Position numbers and translations under genes: made by a program. This document shows positions 17,543 through 26,820 of a stretch of 33,745 nt of DNA, piece after piece; position 1 is the stretch's first letter; each line of letters opens with the position of its first letter. The DNA comes from an uncultured Aminicenantes bacterium (GTDB lineage Bacteria > Acidobacteriota > Aminicenantia > UBA2199), in assembly GCA_965195285.1 (NCBI GenBank), contig CBDAFS010000029.1, forward strand, positions 1-33,745. Direction: 5' to 3'. Under the pieces are notes generated by a model that saw only the letters and a list, made by a program, of their open reading frames with translations, searched no databases and had not been told where the DNA came from.

Positions 17543-19276
17543 CTAAATCAGATCAATATGTTTCGGGGGCGGGTCATGATATGTCCCGACCATGACCCTT
17601 TCCAGGATTGGATTGTAACTGAATACCAGTTCTTTTTGCAGATAATATCGTATCCACTGCATCAGAAAGAATACCATGGAAATAAACAGGTAAAACAGAA
17701 AATAATATTCGGGATTTTCAATAAGATATTTCCCCAGTCTTGAGAATAAATAGATGAAAAAAAGAAATGAGGCCAGAAAAAAAAGTTTTAAAATAAGATG
17801 ATTTGTTTTCTGATTTTTCCGGGGGCTGATAAATGGCAATTTCCTGTAATTGGCAAAAAGGATGCTGATCAATAAAAAGGTGATGGTTGTGCAAAACAAC
17901 ACATGACCGAGGGCCGGTAGAAATCCCCACAGGTATAAATAGAAAAAAAACATGATTCCCATCAAAGGGAACACGATTGAGAACATAAAGGCTTTTTTTA
18001 AGCCCCTGGCCACCAGCCAGTGATTGGTATTGGGTTTTAAGCTGAATATCCAATTGGCTTCCAGCTTGACCGGATAGGTGATGATGGTTCTGATTCCCCA
18101 AACCAGAAAGAACAGGAGTATGAGGGGAACTGCAACCAGGTATAGATTGATGGTTTTAAAAAATCCAGCTTCGTATTTGACATACAGAACGGCCAGGCCC
18201 ACAAAGATCAGGCTGAGGGGAATGATCCAGAAGGTCAGCAGGTGAATCTTGTGTTTTTTACATCTGTTCAGGGTTTTTATGGAGAAATAATAACTGGCTC
18301 TTACCGGAGGAGGTCCCAGTACCAGGGTGTTAAATCCATTTTTCAACAATGTTTTAAATCTGGGGGTTCTAAAAAAAGGTTTGGCCTCGGTTCTGGTTTT
18401 TAAATACTTTCGGAAATACATAGGCATACCCAGCAGGTATAGTCCAATGGGTATGGTAAATGCCATGAGGGTGATATGGGGATAAACGGCGTATACCGAA
18501 TCAGAGCTTCCCATCAATATTTCTCCGATGCCCACAAACCACAAGGGGGGAAAGGCATATACGAATAACGAGAATTCCTCTTTTAAGGATGACAGTAGCG
18601 GGTATACGGTGGGAAACCAGATCAACAGGGAAATAAAAACCATTAGCAGCAAGGTCTGGATGATGGTGGATATTTTTCGGTACCACCTGGGTTTGGACAG
18701 ATTTCTGACCACAGATTGTATGATGGCAATCCAAAAAAATATGAACAGATAGGCCAGGAAATGGGTGAACAGGTGAATGATACCAAATTTAAACGGGTTA
18801 AAATGCAATTGGCGGGTCAAATAGAAGGAAAAAATGAGGGTGGGTAGAAAGTTGAAAATAAGGGTGGTCAGGGTAACCAATACCAGTGCACTCAGGAATT
18901 TCGAGACGAAAAGCACTCTGGGTCTGAGGGGAAGCATCAACAAATTGGCATAGTCCCGGCGGTCAATGGACAGATTGTCCCACATAATGGTATATATGAT
19001 ACCCACCAGGCCCATGGTTATTGTCATGAAATAGGCCTTCTCCAGCCATAGGTTCAGCAGATCCGGTTTGAGGCCGAAAAGATAGAGACGGAGCAGAAGA
19101 TGAGATAAAAAGCCGATGGATACAGCCAGCAATGAAAGCAAAGCAATCAGATTGACCCGGTGCTGGTTATCAAACAGCAGAGTTTTATTGTTGATGAAAC
19201 GCAGGATAAAATGTCTGATTAAGAGTCCGGACCTGTAGATGTGATCCAGGCTGTTTTTGAAGATATTGGATTTCAT
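17543..19276 (-). CDS. Putative ABC exporter permease (12-TM-like)
   Basis: 577 aa, many TMs, DRRDYANLLMLPLRPRVLFVSK motif, ANWIF in the second half; downstream of an ABC ATPase. Confidence 0.7.
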   Translation of the reverse strand: MKSNIFKNSLDHIYRSGLLIRHFILRFINNKTLLFDNQHRVNLIALLSLLAVSIGFLSHLLLRLYLFGLKPDLLNLWLEKAYFMTITMGLVGIIYTIMWDNLSIDRRDYANLLMLPLRPRVLFVSKFLSALVLVTLTTLIFNFLPTLIFSFYLTRQLHFNPFKFGIIHLFTHFLAYLFIFFWIAIIQSVVRNLSKPRWYRKISTIIQTLLLMVFISLLIWFPTVYPLLSSLKEEFSLFVYAFPPLWFVGIGEILMGSSDSVYAVYPHITLMAFTIPIGLYLLGMPMYFRKYLKTRTEAKPFFRTPRFKTLLKNGFNTLVLGPPPVRASYYFSIKTLNRCKKHKIHLLTFWIIPLSLIFVGLAVLYVKYEAGFFKTINLYLVAVPLILLFFLVWGIRTIITYPVKLEANWIFSLKPNTNHWLVARGLKKAFMFSIVFPLMGIMFFFYLYLWGFLPALGHVLFCTTITFLLISILFANYRKLPFISPRKNQKTNHLILKLFFLASFLFFIYLFSRLGKYLIENPEYYFLFYLFISMVFFLMQWIRYYLQKELVFSYNPILERVMVGTYHDPPPKHIDLI

Positions 19277-19309
19277 TCGGGTATGCCGCAGTTGGGGATA
19301 TAAATCGGG

Positions 19310-20074
19310 TCAGGTTTGCATAATGGCAATGATATCCTCCACTGATTTTTCAATATCTTTCTGCTGGATGGTTTTTTTCAGGATGGTTTCAAGCAGAGGG
19401 AGATCCAGCAGATTTCTCAACTCTTTGGTCAGGTTGTTGGAGACCAGAATGCCTTTATTGATAATGATGGCATGGGTACACAATTGTTCGGCTACTTCCA
19501 GAACCTGAGAGGCACAGATAATTTTCTTACCGACAGCAGCCAGTTTTCTCAGCAAATCCTGCAGTATCAGGGTGGCATTGAAATCCAGGTCCAGAAGCGG
19601 CTCGTCCAGGAGAAGAATGTCGGGGTTGTGAATCAAGGCGGATGATATCATGACCTTTTTGACCATTCCAGTGGAATAGGAAGAGATGGGAAGGTGCATG
19701 TCATTGACCAGGGAAAATTGTTTCATCAATCCATGAATTTTTTCCTCCAGTATATGGTCGGGTATCAGGTACAGCCTCCCCACAAATTCAAGATATTCGA
19801 AGGCACTCAAATGAGGGAATATGTCACTTTGTTCCGGAACAAAACCAATTCTGCCTTTATATTCATTGAGGTCCTCAAATATATTTTTTCTCTGGTAATA
19901 GATCTGTCCCGAAGTGGGCTCCAGAATACCGGCCAGAATTTTAAGTATTGTGGTTTTCCCGGCGTTTTCCGGGCCCAGCAGGGCCAGAATTTCTCCCTTG
20001 TGAATGGAAAAACTGACCTGATTAATAGCTGAAGTATGGTTGTAATTTTTTGAAAGTTCTCTGATTTCCAACAT
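19310..20074 (-). CDS. ABC transporter ATP-binding protein
   Basis: MLEIRELSKNY start, Walker A GPENAGKTT, YSTGM, LLLDEP. The ORF-track start at 20116 is the TTG of a TTGACA box. Confidence 0.9.
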   Translation of the reverse strand: MLEIRELSKNYNHTSAINQVSFSIHKGEILALLGPENAGKTTILKILAGILEPTSGQIYYQRKNIFEDLNEYKGRIGFVPEQSDIFPHLSAFEYLEFVGRLYLIPDHILEEKIHGLMKQFSLVNDMHLPISSYSTGMVKKVMISSALIHNPDILLLDEPLLDLDFNATLILQDLLRKLAAVGKKIICASQVLEVAEQLCTHAIIINKGILVSNNLTKELRNLLDLPLLETILKKTIQQKDIEKSVEDIIAIMQT

Positions 20075-20086
20075 TCCCTTGATATA

Positions 20087-20116
20087 ATAATATATTAAGT
20101 TGAATCCATTTGTCAA
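20087..20116 (-). promoter_or_regulatory. Sigma70 promoter of the second ABC operon
   Basis: TTGACA (20116-20111) followed by TATATT (16 bp spacer) or TATTAT (18 bp spacer). Confidence 0.55.
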
Positions 20117-20150
20117 CCAGAATTTTTTGTACTAACGGGTTTTATAAAAA

Positions 20151-20690
20151 TTATGTAGAGTCGTTCAATTGAACCGCAATTCTCTTCTGTAAAGCATCAA
20201 AAAGTTCTCCCATATTGTTGTGTTTTCTCGGGCATGTTTGCTTGTTTTCCGGATTCTGCCAGTTAATGACAAAAAGTTTCCAATCTTTTGCGGGAATTTT
20301 AGAGGCATGTTGCCCCCAAAAAATAAGAATTTCTTCATTTTTCAGGAAACCCTTTTTCCCTGAAACGATGATGTGAGGAATTTCATCAAGGAAAATCTTC
20401 CCCGCTGCCATGTAAGCCAACAATGAATGATGGCCATCAAACACCAGAAAATCTTTTGATCTTAACCTGGCCAGTTTTATGTTGGGGAGCCCCCCGGGTT
20501 GCAGAATATTTTTTCCTTTTTTAATCTTCGAAAAAAAATGTGCAATTTGGGACATATTTTTTATACCATCATCATTGTGAATATTGATTAAAGTTCTAAG
20601 AAAAATCCTTGGAGAGTTGTTTATGGGAGTCATCCTAAGATGGTGAAAATTTTTTTTTTCATATATTTTAACTGTCTCATAAATTGTCAT
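20151..20690 (-). CDS. Hypothetical protein with a ParB/sulfiredoxin-like core motif
   Basis: LPNIKL...FLVFDGHHSLLAY...G...IPHIIV. Start uncertain (ATG 20690; the frame is open to 20816). Confidence 0.55.
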   Translation of the reverse strand: MTIYETVKIYEKKNFHHLRMTPINNSPRIFLRTLINIHNDDGIKNMSQIAHFFSKIKKGKNILQPGGLPNIKLARLRSKDFLVFDGHHSLLAYMAAGKIFLDEIPHIIVSGKKGFLKNEEILIFWGQHASKIPAKDWKLFVINWQNPENKQTCPRKHNNMGELFDALQKRIAVQLNDST

Positions 20691-20942
20691 GGTTCTATTT
20701 GAAGAAGGAACCAGGCTTTTGTTATAATCGATTAAATTCTGATCCTGATGCTTTTGGGGAGAATAATATTCTACATATCTGTAATTTTTTAACAAAGTAA
20801 TGACACACCTCAACAATTAATCTTACTTAAAAAAGTAGTATTTTGAATTTTTTTCATTCATTTATTATTGTAATATAAAATGTCCGGATAATAAAATATT
20901 TTCATCTGTTTTTGTAGAACTTTTATATAATACCTGCTTAGA

Positions 20943-20971
20943 TTGAATAACTTAAAAAAATTTTATATAAT
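20943..20971 (+). promoter_or_regulatory. Sigma70 promoter of the GT4 gene
   Basis: TTGAAT (20943), 17 bp spacer, TATAAT (20966). Confidence 0.6.
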
Positions 20972-21038
20972 TTATTAAATCTAATAAATAAGGATTCCTC
21001 ATTTATCTATGGAGTAGCTGCTAAAAAGAGAGGATGAG

Positions 21039-23288
21039 ATGAAAAAATTTAAAATTGTTTGCATTGGGAATTACGTTCCCCGTCAATGTGGTATCTCCAC
21101 TTTTACCAGAGACCTCACCGAATCCATAATTCAAAACAATATAGATAAAAATATAAAAGCAGAAGCCTTTGTTGTGGCGATGAATGATCAAAATAAAACT
21201 TATGAATACCCGGATATTGTCAAATATACAATCAGACAGGAATACCAGAAAGATTATTTGGAGGCGGTAAAATTTATTAATTATAGTAATGCAGAAATCT
21301 GTATTTTGCAACATGAGTTTGGTATCTATGGTGGAAAAAATGGAATTTATCTACTCCCTTTAATTCACAAACTGAAAATTCCACTGATTGTAACATTCCA
21401 TACGGTCCTTAAAAGTCCATCTGGTAATGAAAAAATGATTGTTCAGGAAATCGGAAAAAAAGCAGAGAAAATTGTAGTAATGAGTAAATTGGCTGTTGAT
21501 TTTTTGGTGAAAATTTATAATTTGCCCCATCAAAAAATTGAACTTATCCCACACGGCGTTCCGGATTTTGATTTCATGAAAAGAAAGATTTATAAAAAGA
21601 AACTCAATCTTGAGGACAAAAAATCCTTGCTTACATTTGGTTTATTGAGTCGAGATAAAGGTGTTGAAACGGTTATTCAAGCTCTCCCCAGGGTAGTAGA
21701 AAAACATCCAGACATAATTTATATTATATTGGGGAAAACCCATCCCAATGTGGTGAGATCGGTTGGAGAAGAATATCGAAATTATTTAAAACTCCTGGTT
21801 GAGAAAAACAATTTAAGAAAACACGTCTATTTTTTTAACAGATATGTATCCAATGAGGAGTTATTCGGATATCTTTCGGCCATTGATATTTATATCACAC
21901 CTTATTTGAATGAAGCTCAAATAACCAGCGGAACGTTATCATATGCAATAGGAGCCGGTGCCGCTGTTATCTCAACACCATACTGGCATGCCAAAGAACT
22001 CTTGTCAGAAGGTCGGGGAAAAATATTCAATTTTAAGGATTTTGAAAGACTTGCCGATTTACTGGTTGAATTATTTGATAATCCTGTAGAGTTAATCAAG
22101 ATTAGGAAAAAAGCTTATCAATACGGTAGAAAAACCATCTGGCCTGAGATCGGGACCCATTATCTTAAGCTTATAGCCAAGGCCTTAAAATCATTTCGTG
22201 AGCTGGAATCTGAAGAAGAACAGGTTATTAATCCTCTGGTTTTACCAGATTTTTGTCTGGATCATGTGCAGAGATTAACCGATAATACTGGAATTATCCA
22301 GCATGCCAAATACATAGTTCCCAATTTCAAGGAAGGATACAGTCTGGATGATAATGCCCGTGCACTCTTGATGTCTCTTATGGTTTTCAGGCAAAGAGAG
22401 AGTAAAGAGGCAATAAAGCTGATGTCCATTTACTTGAGTTTTATATATTATATGCAGAATGATGACGGTACCTTTAGAAATTACCTGAGTTTCAAAAGGG
22501 ATTTTATTGATGAAGTGGGTTCGGAAGATTCATTTGGTAGAACCATCTGGGCACTGGGATATCTTGTTAAATACCCTCCAAACACTTCCTTTTTTGATAT
22601 TGCTGTGGAAATCTTAGCAAAATCTTTTCCCAATTTTAAAAATCTAAAATTTGTACGGGGCCTAGCCAATAGTATTATTGGTATTTGTCATTTTCTAAAA
22701 AGTTTTCCGGACAACAATGAAATGAGAGATGTCCTTGTAAAGATAACTAACAAAATAATAAAGAGTTATCAAAAACAGAAAACAGATGACTGGCATTGGT
22801 TTGAACCTATTTTGTCTTATGATAACGGTATTATTCCTCTCTCGCTTTTATATGCTTATGAAGAAATTAATGATGAAAATATTTTAAAGATTGCTAATGA
22901 ATCCATAAAATTTCTAGAAAAAGTAATCCTGAATAAGGGATACCTGGCTCCGGTTGGAAGTGACAACTGGTATAAAAAAGGAGGAGAGTGTTCACAGTTT
23001 GCTCAACAACCAATAGATACTGCAGCCATGGTGTTGATGTATTATAAGGCTTATCTGGTCAGAAAAGATAAAACTTTTTTAAAAAAAATGTTTACCTCAT
23101 ACATGTGGTTTTTGGGAGAGAATGATTTAAATAAACCCTTGTATGATTTTAAAACCTGCGGATGTTCTGATGGGATAGAAATTCATGGCATAAACAGAAA
23201 TCAAGGAGCAGAAAGCATTATTGCTTATAAAATTGCCCACCTGACTGTTCTTATGGCTTATGAGCGGGAGACAAATCATATTAATTAA
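21039..23288 (+). CDS. GT4 mannosyltransferase-like glycosyltransferase fused to a C-terminal glycosidase-like helical domain
   Basis: N-half: GNYVPRQCGISTF, QHEFGIYGG, IPHGVP, FGLLSRDKG, QITSGTL, STPYWHA. C-half: TDNTGIIQHA, GYSLDDNARAL, WHWFE, QQPID, NQGAES. Confidence 0.88.
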   Translation: MKKFKIVCIGNYVPRQCGISTFTRDLTESIIQNNIDKNIKAEAFVVAMNDQNKTYEYPDIVKYTIRQEYQKDYLEAVKFINYSNAEICILQHEFGIYGGKNGIYLLPLIHKLKIPLIVTFHTVLKSPSGNEKMIVQEIGKKAEKIVVMSKLAVDFLVKIYNLPHQKIELIPHGVPDFDFMKRKIYKKKLNLEDKKSLLTFGLLSRDKGVETVIQALPRVVEKHPDIIYIILGKTHPNVVRSVGEEYRNYLKLLVEKNNLRKHVYFFNRYVSNEELFGYLSAIDIYITPYLNEAQITSGTLSYAIGAGAAVISTPYWHAKELLSEGRGKIFNFKDFERLADLLVELFDNPVELIKIRKKAYQYGRKTIWPEIGTHYLKLIAKALKSFRELESEEEQVINPLVLPDFCLDHVQRLTDNTGIIQHAKYIVPNFKEGYSLDDNARALLMSLMVFRQRESKEAIKLMSIYLSFIYYMQNDDGTFRNYLSFKRDFIDEVGSEDSFGRTIWALGYLVKYPPNTSFFDIAVEILAKSFPNFKNLKFVRGLANSIIGICHFLKSFPDNNEMRDVLVKITNKIIKSYQKQKTDDWHWFEPILSYDNGIIPLSLLYAYEEINDENILKIANESIKFLEKVILNKGYLAPVGSDNWYKKGGECSQFAQQPIDTAAMVLMYYKAYLVRKDKTFLKKMFTSYMWFLGENDLNKPLYDFKTCGCSDGIEIHGINRNQGAESIIAYKIAHLTVLMAYERETNHIN

Positions 23289-23311
23289 AGAAACACAAAA
23301 TATAAAAACAA

Positions 23312-24778
23312 TCAATGGTTGGTTAATTTTTCAAGGAGTTCATCCAAGGGGATAACGGCAAAACCTGAAGCATAGTCAGCCATACCATATGCAATAATTA
23401 ATTCATTGTTATGAATGATGGAACCGCAAGAATATACTACGTTGGGAACATAACCATCCCTTTCCTCTTCATTGGGTATAAGGATTGGTTCCTTTAAGCG
23501 CCCAATAACTTTTGTGGGATCTTCTTTATCCAGAAGGATAGCGCCCAGACTGTAACTTCTCATGGGGCCGACCCCATGAGTTATGAGTAACCATCCTTTT
23601 TCGGTTTCCAGAGGTGATCCGGAATTTCCTATTTTAATGAATTCCCATGAATGTAATGGTTCTTGAATTTTTTTTGCGATTTCCCAGAAATTGATACTAT
23701 CTGAAAACATAATATAATTATTGATACCATCAGATCGCGAAATCATGGCATATTTTCCTTTAATCTTGCGTGGGAAGAGAGACATCCCTTTATTCTGAGC
23801 ATATGCACCATTGATAGGCATCACTTTAAAATGATAAAAATCTGTTGTTTTCATCAATTTTGGCAGGATGGTAAAACCATCATAAGCAGTGTATGTGGCA
23901 TAGTATGTAACCTTTCCATTATCATCAGTAAATTTTACAAATCTAGCGTCTTCAATACCATTAACTTCAGTGTATGAGACAGGAAAAATAACTCTTTCAG
24001 AGATTGCCGTATCCAGTGAAAATTTAACTTCATAATGAGATCTGGCCAACCACATGAGAGCTTCTAAAACCTTCGTTTTACTGGGAGTGATTTTGATCTG
24101 TTTTAAGGTTTCCTCTATACTGTGTTTTAATTCTCCATAGATAAAAGTTTTTCCCAATTTATCCATCACTAAATTTACTACATCTTTATGAATATGCATT
24201 TCCGTAAGTTTTTTTAAAAAAATAGCTTTTTTATATACATAACGTTTGATGATTTCGGGCACATCTACCAATCTTCCTTCCGGTTGGAATTTTAAACTAT
24301 TATCTTTATCAATGATTCCTTGGCGGAATACAATGGATGAGATATGTTTTTCTCCTGTTGCGCGAAAACTAACAATTATTCGTTTCTGACCTTCTTCCAA
24401 ATTACTTTGATCAGGGGCTTCAACAATAGATGGATTAAAAAAAGCAGTTGACTCAATGGCGAATTCCATGGTGAAAAATGAGCCAATCAGTAGTTTTTTT
24501 TTCAAACTAAGTGGTTTTTTCTTATTATTAATATTACCCAAAATATTTTTTAGAGAGTTAAAACTGTTTTCAAATATTTTTGAGATATTTCGATGTCGTT
24601 TGGAAAAATTACTTAATATTTGGTTGAGTTTGCGATTCGCATCTTCTTCAGAAAGTTGAACTATTATATTCACAATGGCGTTTGCCCTATCCTCTTTTAC
24701 TGGCATATAGAAACGGGTAATAACTCTTTTTGGATTAGGGTAAAAACGAATAGTTTTTCTATTTACTGTTATAGCCAT
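23312..24778 (-). CDS. Glycoside hydrolase family 130 (beta-mannoside phosphorylase/mannosidase-like) with an N-terminal extension
   Basis: Motifs FNPSIV, NGIEDARF, YYATYTAYDG, NKGMSLFPRKI, HGVGPMRSY and GYVPNVVYSCG. Confidence 0.88.
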   Translation of the reverse strand: MAITVNRKTIRFYPNPKRVITRFYMPVKEDRANAIVNIIVQLSEEDANRKLNQILSNFSKRHRNISKIFENSFNSLKNILGNINNKKKPLSLKKKLLIGSFFTMEFAIESTAFFNPSIVEAPDQSNLEEGQKRIIVSFRATGEKHISSIVFRQGIIDKDNSLKFQPEGRLVDVPEIIKRYVYKKAIFLKKLTEMHIHKDVVNLVMDKLGKTFIYGELKHSIEETLKQIKITPSKTKVLEALMWLARSHYEVKFSLDTAISERVIFPVSYTEVNGIEDARFVKFTDDNGKVTYYATYTAYDGFTILPKLMKTTDFYHFKVMPINGAYAQNKGMSLFPRKIKGKYAMISRSDGINNYIMFSDSINFWEIAKKIQEPLHSWEFIKIGNSGSPLETEKGWLLITHGVGPMRSYSLGAILLDKEDPTKVIGRLKEPILIPNEEERDGYVPNVVYSCGSIIHNNELIIAYGMADYASGFAVIPLDELLEKLTNH

Positions 24779-24855
24779 TTTAGAATTCTCCTTCTTTCTT
24801 TATATTCTCAACCTGAATAAAAAAAATCGTTGAAAGGTGTAATTTAAAAATCAAG

Positions 24856-24884
24856 ATTATATAATAATCTTTTTTTTTTGTAAA
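24856..24884 (-). promoter_or_regulatory. Sigma70 promoter of the GH130 gene, overlapped by a palindrome
   Basis: TTTACA (24884-24879), 17 bp spacer, TATAAT (24861-24856); inverted repeat AAGATTAT-ATA-ATAATCTT at 24853-24871. Confidence 0.6.
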
Positions 24885-24940
24885 TCAAATGAAAGAAAAC
24901 CAGTGCTTTTTTATATGAGGTTCGATGAGTATTAATTTTA

Positions 24941-25384
24941 TTATGTATATGGATGTTTTCTTCTGGAAAAATAGAAGATATCCCGGTGTTTGACATAGCC
25001 GATTTTTTTAAAGAATTCCATTGAATCCCGGTTGTAACCTTCAATGAGGCAGGCGGTGATGTCAATTCCGCTTTTGCTTAACTGATTTTCCACTTCCCGT
25101 ACCAGCTGCCTGGCCATTCCCTGGCGCTGATAATCAGGATGTACAGCCAGCCGGTTGATCCATCCCTTGCGGCCGTCATGGGTCCCGATGATGGTTCCGA
25201 TCACACTGTCTTCATTCACGGCCACCAGAAAAATAGCGAAGTCGGGTCTTGAAATTTCCTTTTCTATATTTTCACGCTTATCCCGGCCTTTGGGCTTCAG
25301 GGGAAGTTGAACCATTTTCCACAGGTGGATGACCTCCTGGTAATCATTGATTTCAGCTTTTCTGATTTTGAAAGGCATTGCCAA
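24941..25384 (-). CDS. GNAT N-acetyltransferase (YpeA-like)
   Basis: HDGRKGWINRLAVHPDYQRQGMA acetyl-CoA motif and FFKKIGY. Confidence 0.9.
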   Translation of the reverse strand: MAMPFKIRKAEINDYQEVIHLWKMVQLPLKPKGRDKRENIEKEISRPDFAIFLVAVNEDSVIGTIIGTHDGRKGWINRLAVHPDYQRQGMARQLVREVENQLSKSGIDITACLIEGYNRDSMEFFKKIGYVKHRDIFYFSRRKHPYT

Positions 25385-25390
25385 TGGATT

Positions 25391-26602
25391 TTAAAGGCTG
25401 AAATCTTTTAGTGCGATTTCCGCAATGGTCTTACCGATATTGATTGCTGCAGTCGCAGCAGGCGAAGGAGCGTTTAATACATGAACCATATTTTCTGTCT
25501 CTTTTATCCTGAAATCATCAACTAAAAAACCGCTGGGTTCCAGGGCCTGGGCCCTGACACCGGCACCCTCACCGTAAACATCTTTTTTGGAAATCTCAGG
25601 AATAAGCCGCTGTAATGCGTTGACAAATGATGTTTTTACCAGAGATCTGTATTGTTCCTTGATTCCCATGATCATATGCTTGCTGATCATTTTCCAGAAT
25701 CCCGGAAAGGATATGATTTCACAGAAATCCCTCAGAGAAAAGCTGGTCTTTTTATATCCTTCCCGTTTCAGTGCCAGCACGGCATTGGGGCCTGCTTCAA
25801 TTCCCCCGTCGATCATTCTGGTAAAATGAACGCCTAAGAAGGGAAACTGGGGGTCCGGTACCGGATAGATGAGATTTTTAACCAGATATTCCTTTTCTTT
25901 TATTAATTTATAATATTCACCCCGGAAGGGAATAATTTTTAATCCAGGATCTATACCACACATCCGGGCCACTCTATCGGACAGAAGACCCGCACAATTG
26001 ATCAGATTTTTACACTTGATTGTTTCTCTATTTGAATGGAGGATGATTTCGTTTTTTTGTTTTTCTACCTTTTTTATTCTGGTGTTGAGTTTAACTTCTC
26101 CGCCGTTTTTACAAAATAATTCAGAGAATTTTTCCGTGACCTGGGTATAATTGACAATACCGGTATCCGGAACGAAAAGTCCTGCCAATCCGGTTACATG
26201 AGGTTCGTGCTCTTTTATTTCTTCGGCACTCAAGCTTTTCAATCCCTTCAGCCCATTGGCAATTCCGCGTTCCTTTAAATTATTGAGCAGGTCCAATTCG
26301 TTATTTCGGGTAACGACCACGATCTTTCCGCATCGTTCAACCGGGATATCATGCAGTTGACAGAACTCATATAACTGTTCCCTGCCGATGGTGCAGTTTT
26401 TGGCTTTCAATGAACCTGGCTTATAGTAAAGGCCTGAATGAATGACTCCGCTATTGTTGCCAGTTTGATGGGCAGCCAGACGGTTTTCAGCTTCAATGAC
26501 CAGGATCGAAAGATTTCCGGGCCGGGATAATTCCATGGCTGTGGCCATCCCCACAATTCCGCCCCCGATGATAACAATGTCGTAACCATTTGAATCAGAC
26601 AT
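25391..26602 (-). CDS. lhgO: L-2-hydroxyglutarate oxidase/dehydrogenase
   Basis: Motifs IGGGIVG, HQTGNNSGVIHSGLYYKPGSLKA, PFRGEY, IYPVPDP, GVHFT, GVRAQA and NAPSPAAT. Confidence 0.92.
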   Translation of the reverse strand: MSDSNGYDIVIIGGGIVGMATAMELSRPGNLSILVIEAENRLAAHQTGNNSGVIHSGLYYKPGSLKAKNCTIGREQLYEFCQLHDIPVERCGKIVVVTRNNELDLLNNLKERGIANGLKGLKSLSAEEIKEHEPHVTGLAGLFVPDTGIVNYTQVTEKFSELFCKNGGEVKLNTRIKKVEKQKNEIILHSNRETIKCKNLINCAGLLSDRVARMCGIDPGLKIIPFRGEYYKLIKEKEYLVKNLIYPVPDPQFPFLGVHFTRMIDGGIEAGPNAVLALKREGYKKTSFSLRDFCEIISFPGFWKMISKHMIMGIKEQYRSLVKTSFVNALQRLIPEISKKDVYGEGAGVRAQALEPSGFLVDDFRIKETENMVHVLNAPSPAATAAINIGKTIAEIALKDFSL

Positions 26603-26646
26603 GATTTTCTCCTCTGCTTATGAAATTTTTTCCAATACAACCTTCC

Positions 26647-26676
26647 ATTATTATCAGGAATCAACACTTCTGTCAA
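26647..26676 (-). promoter_or_regulatory. Sigma70 promoter of lhgO-GNAT
   Basis: TTGACA (26676-26671), 17 bp spacer, TAATAA(T) with extended TG. Confidence 0.5.
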
Positions 26677-26737
26677 TATGTTTTCCAGAATAATGAGGGT
26701 TGAGTTTTGGCTTATGGAGAGGGTGGATCGGGCTAAA

Positions 26738-26766
26738 TTGACAGAAAAAAATTAATATGCTATAAG
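26738..26766 (+). promoter_or_regulatory. Sigma70 promoter of aminotransferase-pckA
   Basis: TTGACA (26738), 17 bp spacer, TATAAG (26761) with extended TG. Confidence 0.6.
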
Positions 26767-26820
26767 TTGAATCTTCTGATATATTCAAGATTTCAGATAT
26801 ATAAGGAGAATCAAAAAAAA

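Larger units (their letters stand above)
20150..24940. other. AT-rich block, possible horizontally acquired islet
   Basis: Visibly lower GC and A/T-ending codons compared with the flanks. No integrase, tRNA or terminal repeats seen. Confidence 0.5.

Noticed and set aside
20151-20816. Chromosome or plasmid partition locus (parABS)
   Set aside because: No parA, no HTH domain and no parS palindrome seen.
20817-21038. tRNA, ncRNA, att site or replication origin in AT-rich intergenic DNA (also 24780-24940)
   Set aside because: No cloverleaf, DnaA-box cluster or matching boundary repeats found; promoters explain the features seen.
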